NCBI GenBank assembly: GCA_030390025.1
Contig: CM059440.1
Location: 44,640,001-44,704,000, forward strand
Reading direction: 5' to 3'
DNA: 64,000 nucleotides
Source of the DNA: Squalus acanthias
Lineage: Eukaryota
Made by a program: the position numbers and the translations under genes. Position 1 is the stretch's first letter; each line of letters opens with the position of its first letter. Positions 24,716 through 37,320 of this stretch are shown here, one piece after another. The notes under the pieces were generated by a model. The model was not told the origin of the DNA. It saw nothing but the letters and a program-made list of their open reading frames with translations, and ran no database searches.

Positions 24716-25654
24716 GTCAAAGTACAAAATATCTGGTGAATATATTACAATTTTAACGAAAAATGGTGCAATATTTGGTTTAGAAAATGCACCTTAATAC
24801 TGGTGCAACCATTAGCCTGACCTTTTCAGAGGTGTTTAAATACAATTTTCTTCCCGAGGTGCTGGCGTGTTAGCTTATTCCAGCAGTTGGGATGCTAGAA
24901 ATGGCTTCCGTGTGAGTGAGCTAAGGAGGTGGAGAGTGAGCAAAAGAAACAAAAACATCAGCAGCTCTTGTCTGGTACCCAGTGACTCCTGATGAAAAGT
25001 GTGGGGGGGGGGGGACACCCGGTGAGGGCAGCATCAATTGCGATGCCCTCCATGACTGAATAGCCTTGCTGTCTTAAGCTCACACACGACGAATGGCCAA
25101 TCGGGTGAGGTTCTGGAGCGTTGGTGGTGTCTGTAGAACTTTGCCCCAATTAGAATCTGCACCGCCAGCAGAGGAGTGGAGGAAAGAATGGCAACAAAAA
25201 ACATTCTGAAAGATTTCTAAATGTCCCAAGTTTTTCCTCTCTGACAATTGGAAGTTTAGGATTTAATTTTGAGGCCGCCTTCTGGAGGTTCTATATCTGA
25301 CACAGAGACGCGATGGGCCGAATGGCCTCCTTCTGTGCTGTAAATTTCTACGATGCTATCTGAGTACATCTTCCTTCTATAAATGATTTCTAATAGGTCA
25401 GAAAATGTAAAAAAAAGCAAGAGCCAGAATTTGTCTTTGACTCATATTAAAAATGTTTCTGCAGTAACAGCTCCAAAATTAAAATAACCATCATCACCTC
25501 AGTGAGGAGATGCTTGGACAGCGTCAGTTTCTGGGGCAACCCAGAGCGACAAATGTCAGCTGCAAATATATCGCGTCCCACATTGTAAAAATTCCTCCGA
25601 CAGCAATTTGGGGTTTGTGAAATTATAAGATTAACATGTGCTGCAGGTGATATC

Positions 25655-26588
25655 ATAAGAACATAAGAAATAGGAGCAGGAGTCGGCCATTCGGCCCCTC
25701 GAGCCTGCTCCGCCATTCAATAAGATCATGGCTGATCTTCTACCTCATCTCCACTTTCCTGCACTATCCCCATATTCCTTGATTCCCTTAATATTCAAAA
25801 ATCTATCGATCTCTCTTGAATATACTCAACGACTGAGCCTCCACAGCCCTCTGGGGGAGAGAATTCCAAAGATTCACCACCCTCTGAGTGAAGAAATTTC
25901 TCCTCATCTCAGTCCTAAATGGCCGACCCCTTATTCTGAGACTGTGACCCCAGGTTCTAGACTCCCCAGCCAGGGGAAACATCCTCCCTGCATCTACCCT
26001 GTCAAGCCCTGTAAGAATTTTGTATGTTTCAATGAGATCACCTCTCATTCTTCTAAACCCCAGAGAATATAGGCCTAGTCTACTCAATCTCTCCACATAG
26101 GACAATCCCCCCCCCCCCCCCCCCCCATCCCAGGAATCAGTCTGGTGAACCTTCGTTGCACTCCCTCTATGGCAAGTATATCCTTCCTTAGGTAAGGAGA
26201 CCAAAACTGTACACAGTACTCCAAGTGTGGTCTCACCAGGGCCCCATATAACTGCAGTAAGACATCCTTGCTCCTGTACTCAAATCCTCTTGTAATAAAG
26301 GCCAACATAACATTTGCTTTCCTAATTGCTTGCTGTACCTGCATGTTAGCTTTCAGTGATTTGTGTACAAGGACACCCAGGTCCCTCTGAACACCAACAT
26401 TTCCCAATCTCTCACCATTTAAAAAATACTCTGCTTTTCTATTTTTCCTACCAAAGTGGATAACTTCACATTTTTCCACATTATATTCCATTTGCCATGT
26501 TCTTGCCCACTCACTTAGTTTGTCTATATCCCCTTGAAGCCTCCTTGCATCCTCCTCACAACTTACATTCCCACCTAGTCTTGTATCG
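25655..26588 (-). mobile_element. CR1 3' portion containing an expanded poly-C run (~26107-26126)
   Basis: ORFs 25803-26204 and 26084-26491 with CR1 C-terminal motifs; ataagaac tail. Confidence 0.95.
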
Positions 26589-27425
26589 GTCTGATATAAT
26601 CTATATTGTGCATGTCCCTCTGATTGCCATCCAGTGACTCCTGCTGTGTATATGGGCGATGCCCAAGGACAAGATCGGGATTAACTGTGAAGCCCTCCAC
26701 AGTCAAGTAGCCGACAGAGACTCACTGTCGAGGCTCATGTACATAACCAATTGGCTGAGGTCATGGATGACCACTGGTACCCTCGGCCTGACTAGCATCT
26801 TCAGAGGGGGGAAGGGGGCAATTAAACGAGAAAAGGAAAAGATCCTGTTCTAAAAGGGAGTATGATCACGCTTCTGTATTTATGCGAGGTAGCCTGAAAT
26901 TGCACTATAGCATCAAAATACAGTATAGACATCGGGCAAGAACAGGATCAGATTGGCTGTGTTGCCCTCTGTGGGCAAATAGCCTGCTCGCATTCACCAC
27001 CTTGGCTTGTGCACGGTAAGAGTAAAGCGAAGCTGTTCTTTAGTTATTAGCGCCTGGCCCGTGGTCTCAGGCGGTGCCCGGTTCTGATGCTGGCATCTAA
27101 CACTAAATGCCCACTTGTGGGTGGAAGCTGGTTTTAACCAGAGGCTGCCAGGCCTGATTGTCAGAGAGTCTCACAGCACCGAAGGAGGCCACTCGGCCCA
27201 TCGTGCCTGTGCCGGCTCCTTTGAAAGAGCTCTCCAATTAGTCCCACTCCCCCTGCTGTTTACCCCATAGCCCTGCAAATTATTCCGTATGATTATTCTG
27301 ACGGTTTTGATGACACCACAAATGTGGACATGTCAAAGGATCGTGTGTTTAACGTTGGTTGAAGGAAGAAAGATAAATAAATCTGGAAGTACTTCCGAGT
27401 GAAAGAAGTGTAAGGTAATGCCTAC

Positions 27426-27524
27426 CAGAGTGCTGCTTCTGTGTAATGACTCTAACCCATTCTCAACTGTTTTAAGTTGCAGGGCCCACAAGGTGGGCCT
27501 ACTTGACACAGTAACAGCGAAATG
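27426..27524 (-). CDS. Putative exon (HFAVTVSSRPTLWALQLKTVENGLESLHRSSTL)
   Basis: atcAG acceptor, ctg|GTaggc donor, 99 nt, phase 0/0, compatible with upstream candidate. Confidence 0.4.
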
Positions 27525-28209
27525 CTGATTACAATCGAAGCAATAGTTTCAACAAACCTGCACCATTGTAGAAATTCTCTGGCCAACATGAACTGCCTCA
27601 AGTTTTTGCACATCAAAAAGTCAACAATTTCCTTATCAATAACTATATCATAAATTGCTGTAAATGTGCAATACACTGTATACCGAAACCCACCGAGAAT
27701 TCTCCAACTTTTAATTTGCAAAAAAAAAAAATCAAGTGCCAAAAAGAACACGAATTGGAAAGAGAGATCCTTTTTGTCGATCTAACGGCCATTGCTTGAA
27801 GGCTGGGGTATCTGCTTCTGAATTTCCACCCATTCACTTTAACGAACGGGAAATTGCAGGCTGCCCAAGCACAGAAGGGGAACAACATTGGCCGAAATGT
27901 CAAAATTAAATCTCCACTTCAAGGCCTTTACTTTGCCATAATATTCACAGTATTTACATCAATCCGAAACAGCTCAGCAGAAGTGCATCAGCCATCTTGT
28001 TTCATTAGTTTCTCAAATCAACTCGGTGCCATATAAACCGAATTTTTCTTTTTTTTTAAAAAAAAAGGATATGTACAAATGCCCTGAGAAGATGGCCTTG
28101 TTTTAAAGGACATGTCGATAGATTTGATCTTTGATACTACTGAATGGGACGTTTGCATTGGGCATGCTCGACAGACCTCAATGCACCAGGAGTATCCACC
28201 CATAGTTAC

Positions 28210-28372
28210 CCATGAAGTTTTGGTAAAGAAGGAAAGGGACGCTCTCTCTAAGGATTCTGTCTGCGTGTTTGTGTTTAGATAGAACACTGCACTTGATGAC
28301 AAGGCGGGTTTCGGTGAGTTATTGGCATGTGTCAGGAGTGAAAGAGGATAAATCGAAGTGGAAACTAGTCCA
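28210..28372 (-). CDS. Putative exon (GLVSTSIYPLSLLTHANNSPKPALSSSAVFYLNTNTQTESLERASLSFFTKTSW)
   Basis: cattctactttctAG acceptor, tgg|GTaact donor, phase 2/0. Confidence 0.5.
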
Positions 28373-28865
28373 CTAGAAAGTAGAATGTGTATTAACATTG
28401 ATCTCCATAGCTCACAAACACAAGATGTTTTCTTTTTCACCAACCCATTTGCTCACAAGTCATTTCTCCAATTCAACCCACATTTTTGAAATGCAGCGTG
28501 GATGCAATCCCCCAACCTACACACGTTGCCTCTTCTCTGTATATTCACTGTGGTGATATCGAGAATCCATCGCACTGGTTTCTGCTCTGAGCTCATTCCT
28601 TCTCCTGACCTCAAAACTGTGAGGCGTCGTACGTCCCCTCAGGCTTCCCTACAATCGACAGGCTCTGAAAACCAAATCACTTCATGACTTCTTCCCGATT
28701 CGTCCCACCTTCTTCTCCCGTACTTTCTCGATCTCGCTGGTGTCCGCAACTTAGGCCCTTTGCCCAGGCTTGTGAAATGAAACATATGCGGCTAGATTCC
28801 GCACTCCCAGTGGGGAGCTGTGCTCCCGAGTCGGGAGAATCAGGACTACACCGCTCCAGCCTGAC

Positions 28866-29042
28866 CTTTGACCCGCATTCCCTTTGCGCGTGGCCGTGGC
28901 AAGGAATGGGTTTGCCCTGTGGTGATGACGCAGTGCCATTGGTGCAATATTCTGTTGGAATGAATATTTGGAGCTGGGTCTAAGAACGTTCTGGAATGTG
29001 GCGCATGATTCAGCCATAATTCGCTCAAGCGTGTTGTTCACT
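28866..29042 (-). CDS. Putative exon (VNNTLERIMAESCATFQNVLRPSSKYSFQQNIAPMALRHHHRANPF...)
   Basis: tgcAG acceptor, aag|GTcagg donor, phase 2/2, matches start phase of next candidate. Confidence 0.4.
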
Positions 29043-29226
29043 CTGCACGCAACCCCAAGCCATGAAAAGAGAAACACGCTCACTTCTGTAGAACAAAACT
29101 TGCACAACTGTTCGTTCCTATGAACAGCGTCTAAAATGTCATATAAAATGTATCATGATATATTGAAAAGATATTTTAAAATGAGATTATGATAATGTTG
29201 ACTAGCATTACAGCCTTAATTCACAC

Positions 29227-29384
29227 TGGCCCTGAAATTACATTGCGTACAATCACCTAATGTGTGCGTCTGAAATTACTCTCTGCTATTTTAGCTAAAG
29301 CATTAATCCGTTCATTTTAAACGGATTAACTCCTCCACTTTAGTGACAGACGGAGGAATTTCTGATGGTGTAATTTCAGAGCCA
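29227..29384. mobile_element. Small MITE
   Basis: TIRs tggccctgaaattaca / tgtaatttcagagcca. Confidence 0.7.
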
Positions 29385-30379
29385 TCATAGACTGGTACAG
29401 CCGTGACATTCACATTAAGCAGCGCTGGTGCCTGTTAATTGCATAGATGCACAGAGCCAGGGATTGGCTTGATGTAAAAGATTTTTTTTTAAAGCAGCAA
29501 TTTTAATAGTTTAAAAAAACAAGAAATGTAACAAAGTAGTTTCAATAACATTATTTATTTGGGAAAATGCATTCTATGTATTTTAAATAGCTTGCAATAT
29601 CATACTGTACTGGTCTATTCCACATGTGACTGCAAGAGACTTCCGGTCAGAAGCAGAAAGCAGCTTACACTTGGTGTCCAACGCATGTTTACCTGGTTTG
29701 CTCCTCCTGTGGAGTTTTCTGCATGTATTTCTCCTGACTTTAAACTGTCCACTGCACAATTAAAAAAATATATTAATCATAAGGTATTTGGTGACAATGT
29801 GTTTGTCTTTCTAGTTCAACAACTCCTAGAATGAGGGTAATACACATGGCCCTAGCTAGAGCGCCACTGTACTGTGCCACAGGGAGATAGAACACAGGCT
29901 CAGATCCACGATTCTCCACAAAACACTTCAAGATCTCAGTTGTTACTTCTTTGTGAGGCGACTGTCACAGGGAGAAAGGAAAAAAAACAACCTGACAGTC
30001 AGTTACCTCAGGTCGCGATCACACACCTGCTGCTTACAGCATTGGCAGAGGCATCGCAAAGTTCACCTGCTCAGTCTTTCTGCCCAGAGAGGAGCGGGAC
30101 ATGGGTGGGGGGGGGGGGGCGGTGAAGAGACCAAAGTAAAAGAAATCCTTACAAAAATAAAAGCATTCCCGAGAGGATGCTGCTAATCCTCTAATCCAGA
30201 TCAGAGCACTCCTTCTGGAGAAGAGTTAGCGTTTAGCAGGAAGCTGCAATCACTCAGCACCTCCTCAATTAAAACTGAGATGACTTGGCATTTCTCCAAA
30301 TAACAAAAGCCTCCAGAATTTGAGAAAAAAAAATTCTTCTTCAATAAGAATAAAAGAAAAACAATAATAAAAGAAAGAG

Positions 30380-31225
30380 CGACTTGCATTTATATAGCGC
30401 CTTTCACAACCACCAGGCGTCCCAAAGCGCTTTACAGCCAATGAAGTAACTTCACTGTTGTAATGTAGGAAACGCGGCAGCCAATTTGCGCACAGCAAGC
30501 TCCCACAAACAGCAATGTGATAATGAGCAGATAATCTGTTTTAGTGATGTTGATTGAGGGATAAATATTGGCCCCAGGACACCGGGGAGAACTCCTCTGC
30601 TCTTCAAAATAGCGGCCATGAGATCTTTTACGTCCACCTGAGAGAGCAGACGGGGCCTCGGTTTAATGTCTCATCTGAAAGTTGGCACCTCCGACAGTGC
30701 AGCAGGCTCCCTCAGTACTGACCCTCCGACAGTGCAGCCCTCCCTCAGTACTGCCCCTCCGACAGTGCAGCAATCCCTCAGTACTGCCCCTCCGACAGTG
30801 CAGCACTCCCTCAGTATTGCCCCTCTGACAATGCGGCGCTCCCTCAGTACTGCCCCTCCGACAGTGCAGCGCTCCCTCAGTACTGCCCCTCCGATAGTGC
30901 AGCGCTCCCTCAGTACTGCCCCTCCGACAGTGCAGCGCTCCCTCAGTACTGCCCCTCCGACAGTGCAGCGCTCCCTCAGTACTGCCCCTCTGACAGTGCA
31001 GCACTCCCTCAGTACTGCCCCTCCGACAGTGCGGCACTCCCTCAGTACTGCCCCTCCGACAGTGCGGCACTCCCTCAGTACTGCCCCTCCGACAGTGCGG
31101 CGCTCCCTCAGTACTGTACTGCAGTGTCAGCCTAGAATTTTGTGCTCAAGTCTCTGGAGTGGGACTTGAACCCTCAACCTCCATGACTAAGAGGCAAGGG
31201 TGCTGCCCACTGAGCCGTTGGCTGA
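30380..31225 (-). mobile_element. Full Deu-domain SINE with internal 33-bp array (~13 units, 30690-31118)
   Basis: tRNA head (ggctcagtgg A-box, ggttcaagtcc B-box), array, Deu core and L2-type tail in order. Confidence 0.9.
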
Positions 31226-31239
31226 CACCTAATAATATA

Positions 31240-31411
31240 AAAACACAGAATGGTGGAAGCAGGAAGCAGCTCCACCAGTGTGCGTGAGAGAGAAAGATAG
31301 GTTAACATTTCAGTGTAACCTTTCAGTTCTAATGAAGGGTCCCACCCAAAAGATTAATCTCTTTCAGTCACTGACTGACCTGCTGCACATTTCCAGCATT
31401 TAGTGTTTCTA
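31240..31411. mobile_element. Palindromic Penelope-terminus-derived element
   Basis: Inverted arms aaacacagaatggtggaa / ttccagcatttagtgttt; right arm resembles 53031-53111. Confidence 0.55.
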
Positions 31412-32778
31412 GTTTAGAGCCCGGTGCTGTTGGAGGGGGGGGGGGGGGTGAGGGAGGGGGAAGTTGGAGCAATTTGGATGGAGCGCTCAGGAAGTGTGCT
31501 CTGCTGGGACCGAAACTTCATTGCCCAAATTTCCTCTCGGACATAATTGACATAATGCAGGAACACTCCGGGAACACTGTAGGGCACCGGCCAAAAGGGA
31601 AGAGGAATTCTGGGAGCTTCCTGTGCCTCAAAGGCAGCAGCCACCTTAAAGGGGCGGGTACAGTGGAGGCCCCATTAAAGTAATATCAATTTTTCTGGCC
31701 GAGAGGATGTATCACATAGCAAATTGGCAAGCTGGCGCTGCGAATGATTATTGGATAATTGTTGAAATCTATTTTAGCCAACCAGAAGCTGTCATCTACT
31801 TGTTGTCCTTGTGAAGTGCCCCATGGCTGGGATCCCAGCAGCAGCCCAAGCTGGAGTCTGGGCGCCCTTAGCTAGTGTTGGAGGGGGTTGGTTAAAGGGC
31901 AGCACCGTGGTGAGAAGCAGCAGGTGGAGGGACAGAGAAAACAAGTGTGGGTGTGCAGAATGATGGTGCGGGAATAGGGGGCGAGTGCTCACTCAGTTGG
32001 AGCAGTTGTACGGTTGGGGGGGAGGGAAGATTATTGCTCTGCGACAGGAAGGAAGTTGCTCGTGGCTTAGGAGAGGGCCAGGTAAATATCTTCAGCAGCT
32101 GCCAAGGGGGCCTATTGGTTGCTTCCACTTCATCTGCCTTCAAATAAGCCATATTACAAGAGGAGGAATGGCACAGTGCTGAACACTACCTCCATCATCG
32201 GGTACAAGACTAGCAACATTCAGCAGCAGGTTCCGAAGCAGCACAGCCATTTTTGATCTTTAAAAAAACAGGGATAAAGCCCTTTCTTAACAAGACCAGC
32301 CTGTCACTATAGGCCCGAGAGCAGCTTGGGGCTTTCAGGAAAGAGTAGCGTCAGGTTCTTACAGGGGCAATGTACTCCTGATCGGCACCTGGTACAATTA
32401 GATGGAGTCTGTGTGCAGAGCCATTTGACACCATTCGCCAGTAATCTATATATTGTTGCAGTGCCTTCAGGTGCAGACACCAGAAAAGTCGTGGAAGTTG
32501 TCAGGGACAGAAAAAAATTCCCGCCCATTTCCCCTCTGCATTTCGCTTATTTTTTGGACTATTTGGGAATACAGCGATCTAAAATCAACCATTAGATTTC
32601 CAAGGTTCCCCCTGCTTTTGTAAAACCCCAATAATAAATTATTCCAACAATTGTTTACTCGTCAAATTTACGATTACTTCACAAATAATCAACCTTTGGT
32701 GTTCAGACATCAACATCCGAATGACCACCTTCGGTGCCATAAACTTCTAGAATTCTATCGGGCACATTGAGGGTGAAA

Positions 32779-35388
32779 ATAAGAATTAGGAGCAGGAGTC
32801 GGCCATTCGACCCCTCAAGCCTGCTCCGCCATTCAATGAGATCATGGCTGATCTTCTACATCAACTCCACTTTCCTGCCCGATCTCCATATCCCTTGATT
32901 CCCCAGAGAGTCCAAAAATCTATCGATCTCAGCCTTGAATATACTCATCCACTGAGCATCCACACCACTTGGGGCAGAGAATTCCAAAGATTCACAACCC
33001 TCTGAGTGAAGAAATTCCTCCTCATCTCAGTCCTAAATGGCCGACCCCTTATCCTGAGACTGTGACCCCTAGCTCTAGACTCTCCAGCCGGGGGAAACAA
33101 CCTCTCAGCATCTACCCTGTCAATCCCCCTCAGAATCTTATATGTTTCAATGAGATCACCTCTCATTCTTCTAAACTCCAGAGAGCATAAGCCCATTCTA
33201 CTCAATCTCTCCTCATAGGACAACCCTCCCATCCCAGGGATAAATCTAGTGAACCTTTGTTGCACTGCCTCGAAGGAACGTATGCCCTTTCTTAGATAAG
33301 GAGACCAAAACTGTGCACAGTACTCAGGTGTGGTCTCACCAAAGCCCTGTACAATTGTAGCAAGACTTCCTTACTCCTATATTCCAACCCCCTTGCAATA
33401 AAGGCCAAAATGCCATTTGCCTTCCTAATTGCTTGTTGTACCTGCATGCTAACTCTCTGTGTTTCTTGTACGAGGACACCCAAATCTCTCTGAACACCAA
33501 CATTCAATAGTTTCTCACCATTTAAAAAATATGGGGGGCGAAATTCCCCAAGACGGCCATTTGGGGCGCTAACTGCAAAAAGTTTGAAAAGTTAGCGCCC
33601 GGCGCTAATGATTCTGAACCTCACCTAAATTCCCTGACCTCGCCCCAGGAAGGGAGAGGGGCGCTAAATCAAGCGCTAATGTCCTCAGTTACAGGGGCGC
33701 TAACTCCAGAGAGCTGCTGAATTTCAGGTGAGTTCCAAACAGATTTGATCGCTCGCTCTGCTTCTTTCCAGCTCTTAAAGGGGAGGTCCGATCGTTCACC
33801 AGATGCTCATTTGCAGCTTTGCTTGCTCCGAGGAGAACACACACAGACTGCAGACCCTTTCATTGCTCTGAGAAAAACTGTCTAATAACCAACAAATCAC
33901 ACCCTGCTGCAAATGAAGATTCCTTATTCAGCAGCAAGCTCTGAAATCTCAAAAACGCTTCCAATAATCAAAAGGGCTCTTTGCTTCTGAGCTGCAAAGA
34001 GTTCGGTGTCCCGGCCGACACAAACAACATCCGGAAGTGGACGCCTTTAAACAGCGCCCCTCCACAGGCTTCCCGACTGGAAAACGCCTGCCGAGCCGGT
34101 CGCTAAAAAACAGAGGCGCACAGGCAGGCGAAAAACGGGAATTTTGCATCGGAATCGCTAACGGGGCGATGCGCCCGGAGATGACGTCATGATCTCCGGG
34201 CGCAGAAGATTGGGGCGAAAACCGGTAGCGCCGCCGCTAACCTCCCGCCGAATGTCACGGGAGGCGTGGTTATCGCCTCAGGAGGGGTCGCACCCGTTAG
34301 CATCTCCCGCCAGTGCAAACAAGAGGAATTTTGCCCCCATTCTGTTTTTCTATTCTTCCTACCAAAGTGAATAACCTCACATTTCCCTACATTATATTCC
34401 AGCTGCCACCTTAATGCTTACTCACTTAACCTGTCCATATCCCTTTGCACTCTCTTTGTGTTCTCCTCACAGCTTACTGTCCCACCTAGCTTTGTATCGT
34501 CAGCAAACTTGGATACATTACACTCGGTCCCTTCATCTAGGTCATTAATATAGATTGTAAATAGCTGAGGCCCCAACACTGATCCTTGCGGCACCCCACT
34601 AGTTACAGCCTGCCAACCTGAAAATGACCCGTTTATCCCTATTCTCTGTTTTCTGTCTGTTAACCAATCCTCTATCCATGCTAATACCTTATCCCCAACC
34701 CCATATGACCTTATCTTGTTAACAACCTTTTATGTGGCATCTTATCGAATGCCTTTTGGAAATCCAAATATACTACATCCACTGGTTCCCCTTTATCTAC
34801 TCTGCTAGTTACATCCTCAAAAAACGCTAATAAATTTGTCAAACATGATTTCCCTTTCATAAAACCATGTTGACTCTGCCTAATCATATTATGATTTTCT
34901 AAGTGCCTTGTTACCACTTCCTTAATAATGGATTCCAGCATTTTCCTGACAACTGATGTCAGGCTAACTGGCCTGTAATTCCTTGTTTTCTCTCTCCCTC
35001 CTTTCTTGAATAGCAGGGTTACATTTTCTACCTTCCAATCTGCTGGGACCTTTCCTGAATCTAGTGAATTTTGGAAGATCACAACCAATGCATCCACTAT
35101 CTCTGCAGCCACCTCTTTTAGAACCCTAGGATGTAGCCCATCAGGTCCAGGGGATTTGTCAGCTTTTAGTCCCATTAGTTTCTCAAGTACTTTTTCTCTA
35201 CTGATATTAATTACTTTAAATTCCTCGCTCTCCTTAGCCCCTTGGTTCCCCACTAGTTTTGGTACGCTTTTTGTGTCTTCTACTGTGAAGACAGATAAAA
35301 AGTATTTGTTTAAAGCCTCTGCCATTTCCTTGTTCCCCATTATAATTTCTCCTGTCTCAGCCTCTAAGGGACCAACGCTTACTTTTGC
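32779..35388 (-). mobile_element. CR1 LINE RT region to 3' end, split by a MITE
   Basis: ORF 34711-35421 KSPGPDGLHP, NYRPVSLTS, QHGF, YLDFQKAFD. Confidence 0.95.
33533..34338. mobile_element. GC-rich MITE (Harbinger-type ends) inserted in CR1
   Basis: TIRs gggggcgaaattcc / ggaattttgccccc; CR1 sequence aaaaatat|tctgtttt rejoins across it. Confidence 0.85.
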
Positions 35389-35949
35389 CCATTGACTATG
35401 GCAGCTCCTGCCAGAATACATATGGACTCGAAACGGAGTACAGTCTATCCCTGGTCATTTGAAATCCTTTTTTTGTGCTACAAAATGTAAAATTATCCAA
35501 TAATTTGAGTTAAGCAATGTAAACAACACAATTAATTGAGGATTCAGTACTACAATCAGATCATTTGAATTAGGCAACTTTGAATTGAAAGTATAAAGCC
35601 CCACCATTTTCTGTGTTGTATGGGTTATAACATAGAAAAGATGTCCTGCAGTGATATCATAGTCAACATCTCATTTGACAGTTCAGAAACTGTTAGAACG
35701 TGCTTTCACCTCATGCTCACAGCTCATGATATGCAAGCCTTTGATGTGATTACTGGTCTGTAATCAGTCTCAGCTATCCATTATTCTCTGCATAACCTAT
35801 TATTTTCAATTCACCAGCCAGTTATTTCAGTTACCTCTATTTTTTAATTGAATACCAGCTCTAACCACAACTGAAAAGCAAACAATATAAAATGGAACAC
35901 AATAAATTCAGCAAGATAACCGGGCAGTTATATGCATGACCCATGATCA

Positions 35950-36440
35950 AGATCATAGTCGTGGTTATATTATTGGACTAGTAATCCAGAGGCCTGGACT
36001 AATGATCCAGAGACACGAGTTCAAATCCCATCACAGCAGCTGGGGAATTTAAAATTCAGAATAAAAAGCTAGTATCAGTAATGGTGACCATGAAACTACC
36101 GGATTGTCGCAAAAACCCAACTGGTTCACTAATGTCCTTTAGGGAAGGAAATCTGCCGTCCTCACCCGGCCTGCCCTAATTTATCCTTATGTGGATCGGT
36201 GTCAAATTTTTTGTCTTGGGGCATTTTACAACGTTAAAGGCGCTTTATAAATACAAGTTGTTGTTGTTGTTATATGTGACTCCAGACCCACATGTGGTTG
36301 CCTCTTAACTGCCCTCCGAGATGGCCTAGCAAGACACTCAGTTGTATTCAAGAAGGTGGCTTCTTGAGGGCAATTAGGGATGGGCAATAAATGCTGGTCT
36401 TGCCGGCGACGCCCACATCCTGTGAATGAATAAAAGAAAA
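35950..36440 (+). mobile_element. tRNA-headed SINE = LINE-B 5' head/UTR fused to LINE-B 3' tail; contains a nested L2 tail (~36177-36270)
   Basis: B-box gagttcaaatcc 36017-36028; body matches reverse complement of 4567-4781 and 5783-5860; tail matches 449-555. Confidence 0.9.
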
Positions 36441-37194
36441 TGCAAAGTCAGTTAACAGGCAAATAGCAACGAACCATCAATAAGTTCAGACTGGATGAAG
36501 GTATTGTGGGAAGCAGGCAGACGTGCACAACTTAAAATCAAACTTTATTTTCACACTTCACTACACTGTAACTGTGCAGTAACTATAAAAACTACACACA
36601 CACAAATGTATATTCAGCTCCGAACACGCTCCAGGCTTAAGATGTATGAGTCATTACAGAAAATAGATAATGTTCTGCCCCCAAAAGATACCAGACAAAG
36701 CAGTGTCTTAAGGCACTTTAAACTGTAATAATATTTGCTTACAATTGGAGAAGGCACGCTATGTTCACAGCATATATTAGCTTGAGTATGTAACCATGGC
36801 AGCGTTCTGTAGCAGCAATAATAGATTTTTAGCTTCCCCATTGGCTTGTCCAGTGACCCATACAGAACAGGAACAATCCAGGTTTAATCTTCAGTTGGTG
36901 CTGATCTAGTTTACCTCAGCCATGATGGCCCTAGGGAAGCGACTGTTAGCCTCAGCGCCCCTAGGCCAGTGAGGATGAAAGAATAAGCCACGGGTTCTTG
37001 CTCATGATCGCTACCCAGTGTTGCCTGATGGATGGTGCTCGGTTTTGAATTAAACAACCTGCAAACACTGACTGTAAGGGCTCATGCATGAAGGATAGCC
37101 ACTTGGCCAGGATACCAGACTGGACAATGTTTGTGGAACTGTGATTCATCATGAGTCAGCACCTTCAGGACACAATGGGTAAAATTTGAGGGGG

Positions 37195-37320
37195 AACATA
37201 AGAACATAAGAAATAGGAGCAGGAGTCTGCCATTCGGCCCTTTGAGCCTGCTCCGCCATTCAATGAGATCATGGCTGATCTTCTGCCTCAACTCCATTCA
37301 CCGGCCCTTTCGCCATATCC
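37195..37320 (-). mobile_element. CR1 3' tail (similar short tails at 25295-25355, 27165-27285, 51065-51130)
   Basis: aacataagaacataagaaataggagcagg motif. Confidence 0.85.

Noticed and set aside
24820-24920. Minus-strand exon after a very strong acceptor at 24921
   Set aside because: All three frames stop before the next plausible donor; could be terminal or non-coding but unsupported
26107-26126. Poly-Gly insertion in a CR1 ORF
   Set aside because: Homopolymer expansion or sequencing artefact in a dead copy
22304-28372. Assigning the exons to a ZP-domain, TGF-beta prodomain or CPED1-like protein
   Set aside because: Only 2-4 residue resemblances (VQCSY, NCSAT); no recognisable family match
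31140-31225. Functional tRNA genes at A/B-box sites (also 5783-5868, 35950-36035, 55600-55700)
   Set aside because: All continue into SINE/LINE bodies and lack a complete cloverleaf
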